Source: a virus (taxonomy: Duplodnaviria > Caudoviricetes). Taken from it: a stretch of DNA of 54,443 nucleotides. Under the pieces are notes generated by a model, which made no database searches, was not told the origin of the DNA, and saw only the letters and a program-made list of their open reading frames with translations. The stretch is from the IMG/VR virus record IMGVR_UViG_3300032093_000180, positions 1-54,443 of that record, one strand, 5' to 3'. Both the position numbers and the translations under genes were made by a program. Below, piece after piece: positions 8,612 to 18,700 of the stretch; position 1 is the first letter of the stretch, and each line of letters starts with the position of its first letter.

Positions 8612-8776
8612 TTGGGGCGTCACCCAAGTAAGGTGTGGGTGATAAGTGACGCCAGGGTTGCAGAGCCCTCCATAGTGAATAACTACACCAGTCAGCACGG
8701 TTGCTCCCCTTTCTCAGCCGGGAACTGACGGACACTCCGGAAAGACGGAGATTTCCTTCAAACGTCATGTTTGGAG
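8612..8776 (+). ncRNA. Candidate multi-hairpin structured RNA
   Basis: Five consecutive stems in the intergenic gap (see findings). Confidence 0.45.
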
Positions 8777-8797
8777 TGCAACGATATTGGAGCGTAC

Positions 8798-10345
8798 ATG
8801 GAGATCATTGAGAACAAGGCACTGCTGCTGACAGTGCGCAACCCGGATCGGATCACAACCGTGATTCCGAAGAGCAAGGTACTGGAGCATGGTGACGGTA
8901 TCGCCAGAGTGCTGGTCAACTGGGGGCTTGAAGAGTCCATCATCCTCAAGAACTTAAAGATCAACGCACCCTCACCCATCACCGGCCGTTACAAATGGCC
9001 CGGGCTCAACAAACCGTTTGAGCACCAGAAGACCACTGCATCTTTCCTCACCCTCCACCGCAGGGCGTTCTGCTTCAACGAGCAGGGGACGGGTAAGACT
9101 GCCTCCGTCATCTGGGCATCGGACTACCTGATGAACCTTGGCATCGTCAAGCGGGTGCTGGTCATCTGCCCGCTGTCCATTATGGATGCTGCCTGGAGGG
9201 GTGACCTCTTCCGGTTCGCCATGCACCGCAGGGTTGATGTTGCCCACGGCAAGCCCGAGAAGCGCAAAGAGATCGTGCTCGGAGATGCGGAGTTTGTAGT
9301 CATCAACTACGACGGTGTTGAGATCGTCGCTGATGAGATTAAGAAAGGTGGCTTTGACCTTGTGGTCGTGGATGAGGCCAACGCATACAAGAACCCGCAG
9401 ACCAAACGCTGGAAGGTGCTGAACTCTCTGCTCACACCCAACACATGGCTGTGGATGCTCACTGGCACCCCGGCATCTCAATCGCCTGTGGATGCCTATG
9501 GTCTGGCCAAGCTGGTCAGCCCGAACAACGTGCCACGCTTTGGTGGTGCGTTCAAGGACTTGGTGATGAACAAGGTCACGCAGTTCAAGTGGGTGCCCAA
9601 ACCCAACGCGCAGACCACGGTGCATAAGGTCTTGCAGCCTGCCATCCGGTTCACCAAAGAGCAGTGCCTGGACCTGCCTGAAATGTCTTACACGTTCAGG
9701 GATGTACCGCTTACCGCCCAGCAGATCAAGTACTACGAGCTACTGCGCAAACAACTGATCGTACAGGCCGCAGGAGAAGAGATCACCACGGTCAACGCAG
9801 CGGCCAACCTCAACAAGCTGCTGCAACTCTCAGGCGGTGCGGTGTATTCCGACACTGGAGAGATTGTGCAGTTCGACGCCAGCAACCGCTTGGCGGTGTT
9901 GCGTGAAGTCGTTGAGGAGTCAAGCCATAAGGTGTTGGTGTTTGTGCCATACAGACACGCCATCGAGTTGGTGTCCGAAGACCTAAAGAAGCACGGGTAC
10001 AGCACCGCCGTGATTCACGGGGGCATATCCGCAACCAATCGGGCCGACATCTTCCAGCGGTTCCAGACCCAGCCAGACCCACAGGTGCTGGTCATCCAGC
10101 CGCAAGCCGCATCACACGGCGTCACCCTCCATGCCGCAAACACAATCGTGTACTGGAGCCCCGTGATGTCCGTGGAAACGTACCTGCAATGCAACGCACG
10201 TGTGCATCGCGCAGGGCAGAAGAACCCCTCGGTGGTCGTCCACCTGCAAGGCAGTGGGGTGGAGAAGAGGATGTACGCCATGCTCAAAAACAAGATGGAC
10301 ATCCACATCAAGATCGTGGACCTCTACGGGGAACTACTGAGTTGA
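8798..10345 (+). CDS. SNF2-family (SF2) helicase
   Basis: HQ, EQGTGKT, VVDEA, LTGTP, GVTL, QCNARVHRAGQ motifs. Confidence 0.95.
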   Translation: MEIIENKALLLTVRNPDRITTVIPKSKVLEHGDGIARVLVNWGLEESIILKNLKINAPSPITGRYKWPGLNKPFEHQKTTASFLTLHRRAFCFNEQGTGKTASVIWASDYLMNLGIVKRVLVICPLSIMDAAWRGDLFRFAMHRRVDVAHGKPEKRKEIVLGDAEFVVINYDGVEIVADEIKKGGFDLVVVDEANAYKNPQTKRWKVLNSLLTPNTWLWMLTGTPASQSPVDAYGLAKLVSPNNVPRFGGAFKDLVMNKVTQFKWVPKPNAQTTVHKVLQPAIRFTKEQCLDLPEMSYTFRDVPLTAQQIKYYELLRKQLIVQAAGEEITTVNAAANLNKLLQLSGGAVYSDTGEIVQFDASNRLAVLREVVEESSHKVLVFVPYRHAIELVSEDLKKHGYSTAVIHGGISATNRADIFQRFQTQPDPQVLVIQPQAASHGVTLHAANTIVYWSPVMSVETYLQCNARVHRAGQKNPSVVVHLQGSGVEKRMYAMLKNKMDIHIKIVDLYGELLS

Positions 10346-10361
10346 GGAGGAGAAAAAAACT

Positions 10362-10390
10362 ATTGACAATGACACTCTGTCAATTATACT
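10362..10390 (+). promoter_or_regulatory. Sigma70-type promoter with overlapping inverted repeat
   Basis: TTGACA (10363-68), 16 bp, TATACT (10385-90); A-tract upstream; ATTGACA-N9-TGTCAAT dyad. Confidence 0.75.
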
Positions 10391-10398
10391 GGGCCCCC

Positions 10399-10791
10399 AT
10401 GAAAACCAGACTACCGCTGCCTCCTGCTGCGCACTTGCATGAGTTGTTTGTCTACAAAGATGGCCTGCTTATATGGCGGGAGAGCAGAAAACACGGCAAG
10501 GTAAAGGCAGGTGCAGTTGCTGGATGGAAGTCCAAAACGGATGGATATGTTCGGATATGTATAGAAGGGATGCAGTACGCCGCGCATCGCTTGGTATGGC
10601 GCATGCACAACCCTCGCGGGGCAATCCCATTCATTCTTGACCACATTGACGGAGACCGTTCAAACAATCGAATCGAAAATTTAAGGAAAGTAACACCCAC
10701 TGAAAACAGACACAACAGAAGACCCCGGAAACAAGGGGTTGTTGGATCAGGTAAGTTGCAGCAGCTTTTACAAGAAAGGAGATCACAATGA
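10399..10791 (+). CDS. HNH homing endonuclease (HNH_3-like)
   Basis: GYVRI, YAAHRLVW, LDHIDGDRSNNRIENLR; AT-richer than flanks. Confidence 0.9.
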   Translation: MKTRLPLPPAAHLHELFVYKDGLLIWRESRKHGKVKAGAVAGWKSKTDGYVRICIEGMQYAAHRLVWRMHNPRGAIPFILDHIDGDRSNNRIENLRKVTPTENRHNRRPRKQGVVGSGKLQQLLQERRSQ

Positions 10792-11183
10792 CCGAAGACA
10801 TATCGGTAGACAAACTTGTCAGCGTCTACATCAAGATGCGCGACAAACGCAGCGCCCTCTTACGCGAGTATGAGGAACAAGATGGGGAGATCAAGGAGCA
10901 GATGGAAACACTGGAGAGCAAGCTGCTCGACCTGTGCAAGTCCATCGGCGCTGATAGCCTCAAGACCCAACATGGAACCGTCATTCGCACAGTGAAGACC
11001 CGTTACTGGACGAGCGATTGGAACTCCATGCACAAGTTCATCATGCAGCACAACATGCCTGATCTGCTGGAAAAGCGCATCAGCCAGACTGTCATGAAGC
11101 AACTGATCGAAGAGAACCCCGACATGATGCCACCCAACCTGAATGTCGATAGCCGGTACGCAGTTACCATAAGGAGAAGCTAA
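10788..11183 (+). CDS. Conserved phage replication-region protein (coiled coil, possibly Gam-like)
   Basis: AAGGAG RBS; LVSVYIKMRD...SLKTQHGTV...DW...LLEKRI pattern. Confidence 0.7.
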   Translation: MTEDISVDKLVSVYIKMRDKRSALLREYEEQDGEIKEQMETLESKLLDLCKSIGADSLKTQHGTVIRTVKTRYWTSDWNSMHKFIMQHNMPDLLEKRISQTVMKQLIEENPDMMPPNLNVDSRYAVTIRRS

Positions 11184-11384
11184 GTGCAAAACCAAAACAT
11201 GACGGTCAAGGAGGTTGCAGATTTTCTGCGCGTCTCCCGCCAGACCGTGTACACGATGGTCAAAGAGGGAAGGCTTCCGCATTTCCGAATTGGCAACAAG
11301 GTCCGCTTCAAACAGAGCGACATTGAGGCCCTGACCTCGACCGCAAAAACCAACCCCGCAACTACTGGAGTAAATGATGAGTGA
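11184..11384 (+). CDS. Excisionase-like HTH DNA-binding protein
   Basis: MTVKEVADFLRVSRQTVYTMVKEGRLPHFRIGNKVRF. Confidence 0.88.
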   Translation: MQNQNMTVKEVADFLRVSRQTVYTMVKEGRLPHFRIGNKVRFKQSDIEALTSTAKTNPATTGVNDE

Positions 11385-12297
11385 ACTGACCCTGTTTTCC
11401 AAAGGCGGCAACACCCTGCCCGCGCACCTGCGCAACATCGAACTTGATGAGACCACGAAAGCCCTGATGGGCGGCAGTGGCGGTGGCAGCGGCAAACGTA
11501 TTTCTATCCGTGGCGGCGTGTTCCGCATGCTCGTGGATGGCAAGGAAGTTGCCCAGAACGAAGACCGCTCGATGAACATTGTGATCGTGGCTGCAAACGC
11601 CAACGTGTCACGCAGCTTCTACGCTGGAGATTATGAAGAAGGCAAAAACATTTCCCCCGACTGCTGGTCCAATGACGGCATCTCCCCCGATGTCAAGGTC
11701 TCAGAACCGCAGGCATCCAAGTGCGCCTCATGCCCGCAGAATGTCGCAGGCTCTGCGAAACAGGGCGGCGGTCGTGCTTGCCGTTTCAGCCAACGCATGG
11801 CTGTGATGCTGGAGAACGATCTGCAAGGTGACATCTACCAACTGACCCTGCCCGCGCAATCCATCTTTGGAAACGTGGAGAACGGCAAGATGCCCATGCA
11901 GGCATACGCTAAGTTCTTGGGTGGTCATGGCCTCCCGATCACCGCAGTGGTCACCGAGATGCGGTTCGATACCGCCAGTGCCACTCCCAAACTGACCTTC
12001 AAGGCAGTGCGTCCGCTGGAGGCCGATGAGATGGCCAACTGCCAAGAGAAGGGCCGCAGCACTGAGGCCAAGGCAGCAATCAGCCAGACCCCTGCGGCGC
12101 TTGATGGAGCCAAGCCCAAGGCTGTTGCAGCCGCTCCCGCCGTGAGCACCGACGATGGGGATGATGAGGACGAGGCACCCGCACCGGCCAAGGTCAAAGT
12201 CAAGGCCGAAGAAGTGCCTGCTGAGGAGCCGACCAAGCGCCCCAAGAAAGCCGCACCGAAAGATGTGAGCGCCATCTTGGACGACTGGGCTGAGTAA
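11374..12297 (+). CDS. Putative ssDNA-binding/annealing protein
   Basis: RISIRGGVFR, PDCWSNDG, CASCPQN, ACRF; acidic linker and acidic/aromatic end (LDDWAE); replication context. Confidence 0.65.
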   Translation: MMSELTLFSKGGNTLPAHLRNIELDETTKALMGGSGGGSGKRISIRGGVFRMLVDGKEVAQNEDRSMNIVIVAANANVSRSFYAGDYEEGKNISPDCWSNDGISPDVKVSEPQASKCASCPQNVAGSAKQGGGRACRFSQRMAVMLENDLQGDIYQLTLPAQSIFGNVENGKMPMQAYAKFLGGHGLPITAVVTEMRFDTASATPKLTFKAVRPLEADEMANCQEKGRSTEAKAAISQTPAALDGAKPKAVAAAPAVSTDDGDDEDEAPAPAKVKVKAEEVPAEEPTKRPKKAAPKDVSAILDDWAE

Positions 12298-12343
12298 GGA
12301 GCCTGGGGGGAAAGCGGATACAGCGAGTACCCCCACCCACACT

Positions 12344-12583
12344 ATGAACAACAGAGGCTACTCACGCAAATTTGCAGCCGCCAACAAGAAGGCAGACTCA
12401 TCCCATGTGGGTGTGCGGCTTGGGCGTATCTGCATAGCCGAGGACATCCCGGTTCCTGATGTGGCTGAGTACCTTGGTGTGTCCCGTCAGGCCGTGTACC
12501 TGTGGTTCTTAGGCAAGTCCACCCCGCATCCCAAGATGCGCGAGACGCTGAACGAACTGATCACAAGGTTCAAGGCTAAATAA
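12344..12583 (+). CDS. HTH (Cro/XRE-like) regulator
   Basis: VPDVAEYLGVSRQAVYLWFLGKSTP. Confidence 0.85.
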   Translation: MNNRGYSRKFAAANKKADSSHVGVRLGRICIAEDIPVPDVAEYLGVSRQAVYLWFLGKSTPHPKMRETLNELITRFKAK

Positions 12584-12635
12584 CCCAACAATTTCGCCCA
12601 CTGCCGCCAGTAGTGGGTTGCTGAGAGAGCGAACG

Positions 12636-15509
12636 ATGACCTCACGGATTCCCTTTCTCTCTTCTGTTTTGGCAGAAGAGGGACTGTACTGTGTGGTTGG
12701 GTTGAAGAAAGGTGCTCCGAGACAGACGTTTGTAGAGTCAATTGAAGAGATCGACGGTGTAGTGGATGGCTTGATCGCGCAAGGGTATGACGCATATTTT
12801 GGATGTGCCAAGTACTTGAACGCGGCAGAAGGACGCACAGCGCAGAACGCCAAATGGTTCAAAGCCTTTTGGATTGATCTGGACTGCGGCGAGGAAAAGC
12901 CATACGAAACACAGGCCGATGCGCTTGAGGCTCTCAAAGGTTTTGTCAAGGTCACTGGACTACCAAGGCCAACCATAATCAACTCAGGCAGAGGTGTTCA
13001 CGCATACTGGACACTGACAGCGCCGATCTTCTACAACGACTGGAAGCCCACAGCCGAAGCCTTCAAGAAGTTCTGCGCGGTATACAACCTCAAGGCCGAC
13101 CCTGCGGTGACTGCTGATGCAGCCCGCATCCTGCGCGTCCCAGAGACGCTGAACTACAAAGACAGCCCACCAAAGCCGGTTGATGTCATGCTGGTGTCCC
13201 CAGCGATCACACTGAGCCGGTTCCAAGAGATCGTTGGGATCGGAGCAGAAGAGGGTGAGCCTGATCTGCCGTTTGCCAAGAACGTGCCCCGCAAGGTACT
13301 GGATGCCACGACCCGCGCATTGATGGGTAACAGCGTCTCAAAGTTTGGCACCATCATGCGCAAGAGCGCCCACGGCAAAGGCTGTGCCCAGCTTGTCCAC
13401 ATCTACCGCAACCAAGAAGAAACAGAAGAACCACTGTGGAGGGCGGGGCTGTCAATCGCGGTCAACTGCGAAGATGGTGAACTGGCAATCCACAAGATAT
13501 CCCACGGTCATCCAGAGTACGACCCGACGGAGACGCAGACCAAAGCCGATACGCTGATTGGCAAGCCATACAAGTGCGCCACCTTCCAGGGGCTGAACCC
13601 GGGCGGGTGCGATGAGTGCCCCAATCGCGGCAAGATCACTTCCCCCATCCAGATTGGCGCATCCATTGCAGAGGCCAAGGCCGAGGACAACATTGTTGTC
13701 ATGCGCAACGCGGTGCTGGAGGAGGAAGTCACTGTTGAGATTCCCGAGTACCCGTTTCCATATTTCCGTGGCAAGAACGGTGGTGTGTATCGGCGGGAGT
13801 TGCCCGGTGAGCGAAAGCGCAAGAAGGACGACGATGACGATGATGAGCCACAAGACAAGCTCGTCTATGAGTACGACCTGTATGTGGTCAAGAGGCTGGA
13901 CGACCCAGATGTTGGGGAGTCGCTGTGGATGCGGCTGCACATGCCCAAGGACGGCATCAAAGAGTTTTCGTGCCCACTCTCAAGCGTCATGTCACGCGAC
14001 AAGCTCAGAGATGTGCTGTCGTTTCAGGGTGTGGCGGCATACAACGCAAAACTGGATGGAATCATGGCTTACGTAACAAGATGGGTCAATGAACTGCAAC
14101 AGCTTACTGAGGCTGAGAAGGCCCGCCAGCAGTTTGGCTGGCATGAGAACGACACCAAGTTCGTGGTTGGCAACCGGGAGATATCGGCGTCCGGGGTTGT
14201 GTACAGCCCCTCATCAAACGCCACCGCAGAAGTCGCCGCTGCCTACGGCAAGAAAGGCACCGTGGCCGAGTGGGCGCGTGTTGCCAACATCTATGCTGCA
14301 CCGGGCAATGAGGTGCGGGCGTTCACCCTGTTTTCTGGGTTCGGCTCAACGCTCTTCAAGTTCACCAAGCTCAGTGGTGCCATCATTCACCTGACCAACA
14401 ACGGCTCTGGTGTTGGTAAGACCACCATACAACATATGGTCAACAGCATCTGGGGACGGCCAGTGGAAACACTGCTGAACCAAGAGGACAAGTACCTTGC
14501 CCGTATGCACAGGATTGCAGTGCTGGGCAGCATCCCCGCTACGATTGATGAGTTGACCAATATGCTGGATGAAGAAGTCAGCAACATGGCGTACAGCATC
14601 ACGCACGGGCGGGGGCGTAACCGGATGCAATCCCAGACCAACGCGGAGCGGAGCAACTCTTTGCGCTGGGCACTGATCGCCATCACCTCGGGTAACAAGA
14701 GCCTGTACGACCAGTTGTACAACCTCAAGGATTTCCCAGAGGGCGAACTGATGCGGATACTGGAGTTCTCAGTGTCCAAGAACGACCGGATGAGCAAGGC
14801 CGAGTCCGATGAGGCGTTCAACCCCATGCACGAGAACTACGGCGTGGCCGGTGAAGTGTTCATGCGGTATGTGATTGCCAACCTGCCAGAGGTCAAGAAG
14901 CTGCTCCTCAAGGTGCAGCGCAAGCTGGACAAGGCCGCAGGGTTTACGCAGCGGGAGCGGTTCTGGTCTGCCACCGCAGCATGCGCCATCACCTCGGGCA
15001 TCATCACCAAGAAGCTGGGCCTGCACAACATTGATGTGGCTGCGGTCTACACATGGGCGGTGCAGGAGCTAGGCAGGATGCGGGTTGAGGTGCGCCCTGG
15101 AGTCGTTGGGCCTCTCGCCCATCTGGGTCTGTTCCTCAACGCCCATAACAACAATATGCTCATCGTCAACAGCACTGTGGATAAGCGTTCGGGGTTGAAT
15201 GCGGTACCAGTACGCGAACCAAGGGGTGAGTTGATCACACGCTATGAGCCGGACACCAAGCTCCTGTTCATAACCACCAAAGTTCTTCGTGAGTGGTGCA
15301 GTGAAAACCAAGTGTCCTACAAAGCTCTTGTGGATGACCTGCACCGGCTTGGCGCATGCCAAGGGTCCATCAAGAAGGCGATGTCCCGAGGCTCTGACAT
15401 GTCCACCCCTCCTGTGAACGCGCTGGTGGTCGATTGCAACAAGGCTACGGCGCTGGACCCGGAGGACAAGACCCCGTTGCCCTCTCCAGCAGATGACGAT
15501 AACGAATAG
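12636..15509 (+). CDS. Primase fused to DUF927 / P-loop helicase
   Basis: WIDLD, NSGRGVHAYW, ARILRVP primase motifs; Cys cluster; QFGW DUF927 region; GSGVGKTT Walker A, TIDE Walker B, GRGRNRM. Confidence 0.92.
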   Translation: MTSRIPFLSSVLAEEGLYCVVGLKKGAPRQTFVESIEEIDGVVDGLIAQGYDAYFGCAKYLNAAEGRTAQNAKWFKAFWIDLDCGEEKPYETQADALEALKGFVKVTGLPRPTIINSGRGVHAYWTLTAPIFYNDWKPTAEAFKKFCAVYNLKADPAVTADAARILRVPETLNYKDSPPKPVDVMLVSPAITLSRFQEIVGIGAEEGEPDLPFAKNVPRKVLDATTRALMGNSVSKFGTIMRKSAHGKGCAQLVHIYRNQEETEEPLWRAGLSIAVNCEDGELAIHKISHGHPEYDPTETQTKADTLIGKPYKCATFQGLNPGGCDECPNRGKITSPIQIGASIAEAKAEDNIVVMRNAVLEEEVTVEIPEYPFPYFRGKNGGVYRRELPGERKRKKDDDDDDEPQDKLVYEYDLYVVKRLDDPDVGESLWMRLHMPKDGIKEFSCPLSSVMSRDKLRDVLSFQGVAAYNAKLDGIMAYVTRWVNELQQLTEAEKARQQFGWHENDTKFVVGNREISASGVVYSPSSNATAEVAAAYGKKGTVAEWARVANIYAAPGNEVRAFTLFSGFGSTLFKFTKLSGAIIHLTNNGSGVGKTTIQHMVNSIWGRPVETLLNQEDKYLARMHRIAVLGSIPATIDELTNMLDEEVSNMAYSITHGRGRNRMQSQTNAERSNSLRWALIAITSGNKSLYDQLYNLKDFPEGELMRILEFSVSKNDRMSKAESDEAFNPMHENYGVAGEVFMRYVIANLPEVKKLLLKVQRKLDKAAGFTQRERFWSATAACAITSGIITKKLGLHNIDVAAVYTWAVQELGRMRVEVRPGVVGPLAHLGLFLNAHNNNMLIVNSTVDKRSGLNAVPVREPRGELITRYEPDTKLLFITTKVLREWCSENQVSYKALVDDLHRLGACQGSIKKAMSRGSDMSTPPVNALVVDCNKATALDPEDKTPLPSPADDDNE

Positions 15510-15696
15510 CGGAGTGCCAGTCGTAATAGAATGGCACAAATTCGCAGTTGGCAGTTCGTTTTACATACCTACGCTGACGCCTGATACGCTGGCAGGGGAT
15601 GTGGAACAAGCTGCTAAAGAGCGAGGGATGGTTGTGAAGTACCGTTTCTCCAAAGAAGGGGGCACTTACGGGATTAGGTTCTGGCGGATTAAATGA
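15493..15696 (+). CDS. Small conserved phage protein
   Basis: W.KF.VGSSFYIP...GIRFWR pattern. Confidence 0.75.
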   Translation: MTITNSGVPVVIEWHKFAVGSSFYIPTLTPDTLAGDVEQAAKERGMVVKYRFSKEGGTYGIRFWRIK

Positions 15697-15716
15697 CCAT
15701 GTGCTACAGTTCGCTC

Positions 15717-15789
15717 GGCAACATGGTCTCCTTCTCTCTGTAGTTGCCTTACCTCCATTACACCCCGGGTACCCCCCGGGGATTTTTTT
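15717..15789 (+). ncRNA. Candidate ~73 nt sRNA with anti-SD tracts
   Basis: Extended -10 TGcTACAGT (15702-10); 5' stem GGCAAC/GTTGCC; CU-rich tracts; intrinsic terminator. Confidence 0.5.
15763..15789 (+). terminator. Rho-independent terminator at convergence of the two arms
   Basis: CCCCGGG-tacc c-CCCGGGG stem followed by a T7 run. Confidence 0.8.
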
Positions 15790-15791
15790 AT

Positions 15792-18700
15792 TCAAAAAAG
15801 TTCTTCAGCCGCGCTGATCAGTTCTTCGCGCATCCGCTTGTTGATCTCGATGCCCTGGTACATATCCCGGGAGATGGCGTCACGTGCCTTGACGGACTTG
15901 GTGATGGTCGAACCGGAGATACCCAGGTCAGGGTACTTGTCCCCCAGAGCGAACAACTTATCCTCGATGGCGTCCATGCGCTCTTGGTCACCCATGTTCA
16001 GGGCAATGTAATACTGCTTGAGAAGCCTCTTGGCCTGACCAGCGGTGGCGTCTTCCTTACCCTTGATGTAGGCGTTCTCTTCGTACTTGGTCAACAGATC
16101 GGCAGGGGCGAAACCCAGCACTTGCATGGCGGCGTTGGCACCATTGACCTCACCGACAAGATCACCCCGCAGCGTCAGCGCACCCTCGTCTGCGTAGCGG
16201 TACGCCTTCATGGGGTTCTTCAGCGCCACAGGCAGCATGGTCTCCACTCCGCGCCAGAATTGCCCTTCAGCAATCAACTCCTGACCCCGGAAGACGTTGT
16301 TGACCACCGCGTATGGAGCGCCAAGGATGTTCTCAAGGAACTGAGACAGCGCCGAGGCGTCTGCCTTGTCACCCTTCTGATCGCGGTAGATCAAGTCCGT
16401 CCAGCCCACACGGTCTGCGATACCAAGGTTGGTGATGTAATTCACTGGCCCTTTGAACCAGAACTCGTTCAAGTAGCGGCGCAACATCTCATCAAAGGTA
16501 TCCTCGTCGTCATCGGCAAATGCGTTGTAGACAGTCTCGGGAATCCAATACAGTGGGATGCCTTTGGCACCAGCAAAGAGCGCGGACATGGCGTAGATGC
16601 CAAACAACTGGCGACGAGCGGCGCTGACCAATTCCTTTTGCTCGGGTGTGGCGTCAGGTGGTACGGGCAATGACCTGCGGATGGTGTCAAACAGCATGTA
16701 GTACATGGTGAAGGCAAACCGCTTGAACACGGTCAGCACTTTGCCAAGACCTTGCTGGGTAATACTCGGAGCAGATTCTGCATGCCCTGCACCGTGCGTG
16801 AACTCCACCATGCGGATGGCTTTGTCGATGGCCTGAGCCTGAGCGGCCTCTCCCCTTACACCCTTTTTAGCCAACCGCTGCATCTCAAGATCATAGGCAG
16901 CAATTGCCGTGACCTCACGGTTCATACGCTCGGCATGGTGGAACATGAACGAGGAATACAGCGCGGTCTTCTCCCCCAACGTCTTCATCACACTGGGGTC
17001 CCCGCTGGGATCATTCGCCAACCCCAAGGCGTCACGGGCCGTCGACGTTTGCAAGAAGCCAAGGTCTTTGAGACGCTGCACCAGCGCCTTGTACTGCGGG
17101 GCTTTACCTGCGTTGACCAGATTCTCAACGGACAGCATGGCGTTTTCAGTCACCTTCTGCCCGTTGATGTCCGTCACCGTGCGGCTAAAGCTAGATGTTG
17201 AGTACAGCTTAGTCGCTGCTATCAAAGCCCTGCCAGCAGCAGCAAAACCATATGTACCACCCAACTGCGGGAAGGTGACCATCGGTGTCTGCAACAAGTT
17301 AATCGTTGCGGAGGAGACGTTACCTGCAAGGTTGAAATAAAACGCGGCACCGCTGGCCCACCGTGCCCACCGTTCAACAGTCGGGTCCATCGCAAACTGA
17401 AGCCGGGACTCCAGTTCTTGCAGAATCTCAGCGCCCCGCTGCTGGTCAATACCGCGTAACTTCTGAGCCGTCTGGCCCATGTTATCTATAAGACCTTGCA
17501 GCTTGTCCGAGTACCGCATGCGTGAAAGCTGGCCCACCAAATTGTTGGTGACGTTGCTGAAGGCCGTGGCGGCGTTCTCCTCATAGCCCAACGTGCCTTT
17601 ACGCGCCGTGAACGATTTGAGGATGCTGGTCTCTGGCATGGCACTGACGATCAGGGCCAAGAACTTATCAACCGCAGCATCCTCCGCACCGCCCTCTTTC
17701 ATGATCTTGATGATCTGGGCAGCGATGGTGCCGCTGGGTGCCCTGCGGGCTCTCTCCCCCTCGACCTTCATGTACTCATCAAAGTCGGTGGCTCCCTCTT
17801 GCTCAAGGGCGTTACGGGCAGTGGTCCGCTCAATCTGGCTGTTGTAGAGCTTGCGCTCCATCTCGCCATCTCTGTTCTTGAACTCCAGCCAGTAGGTACC
17901 CTGACGGTACAGTGGCGCGTAGTGGTCGATGCCCTTGGCGATGATCATGCCGATCACCTTCTCGTAGGCACCCAATGCCTGCTTACGCTCTGGGGTGCCC
18001 TCACCATGCACACCCACTAGGTTGGCATAGAGCGAGTCCTGCAACTCCTTGAAGAGTTGTTTGTATGAGCCGAACAGATCACGGTAGAGCTTCTGACCTT
18101 CAGGCGTGAGAGTCTTGAAGTCCTTGCTGAACTGTGCATGCAGTGCGGCCTTCTCCGTGTTGGCGTACTTGCTGACAGGAGCCTCAGGGTTGATGTCCTC
18201 CCGAGTGTGGTCATGGACCATCTTGGTCCACTTGTTGAACTCAGGGTTCTGGACGTACTTTTGCAGCCGGGTGTTCAACGGGGCAAGTTTCTCAATCAGG
18301 CTTTCACGGTACCCGGCCATCTCGTTGACGGTATCGGCAAACGTAACAGCATCACGCCCAAGGATGCGCTCCCCCACCTCCCCCACGGCAGAGAGGTTCA
18401 AGAACTTCTGCAAGCCTTGGCGCAGAGTCAGCCCTCCCACCTCCACAGCCGAGAGGAACCGTGAAGCCTGCTCAGGCGTCATCCGGGTGTGCTTCTGGGT
18501 CAACTCACTGGTCTTGTTCAGCACCTTCTGGAACGTGCCAGGGTTGTGAATAGTCTGCGCAAACAGCGTATCGCCCGTGCGGGAGTCCGGTGGCGGCCCC
18601 ACGATGCTGTCGAGCAGCCGGTCAATCTGATCGAGCGTAGGCTCAGTGCGTTCTGGCAGTCTGAAGGCGCGGCGCATCAGGCGCATGAGCTTGTCCCACA

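Noticed and set aside
8612-8776. tRNA gene
   Set aside because: No TTCRA T-loop or cloverleaf spacing; kept only as a generic structured RNA
11184-11384. Excisionase implying an integrated prophage
   Set aside because: No integrase, att site or host genes in the window; this HTH family also acts as a simple regulator
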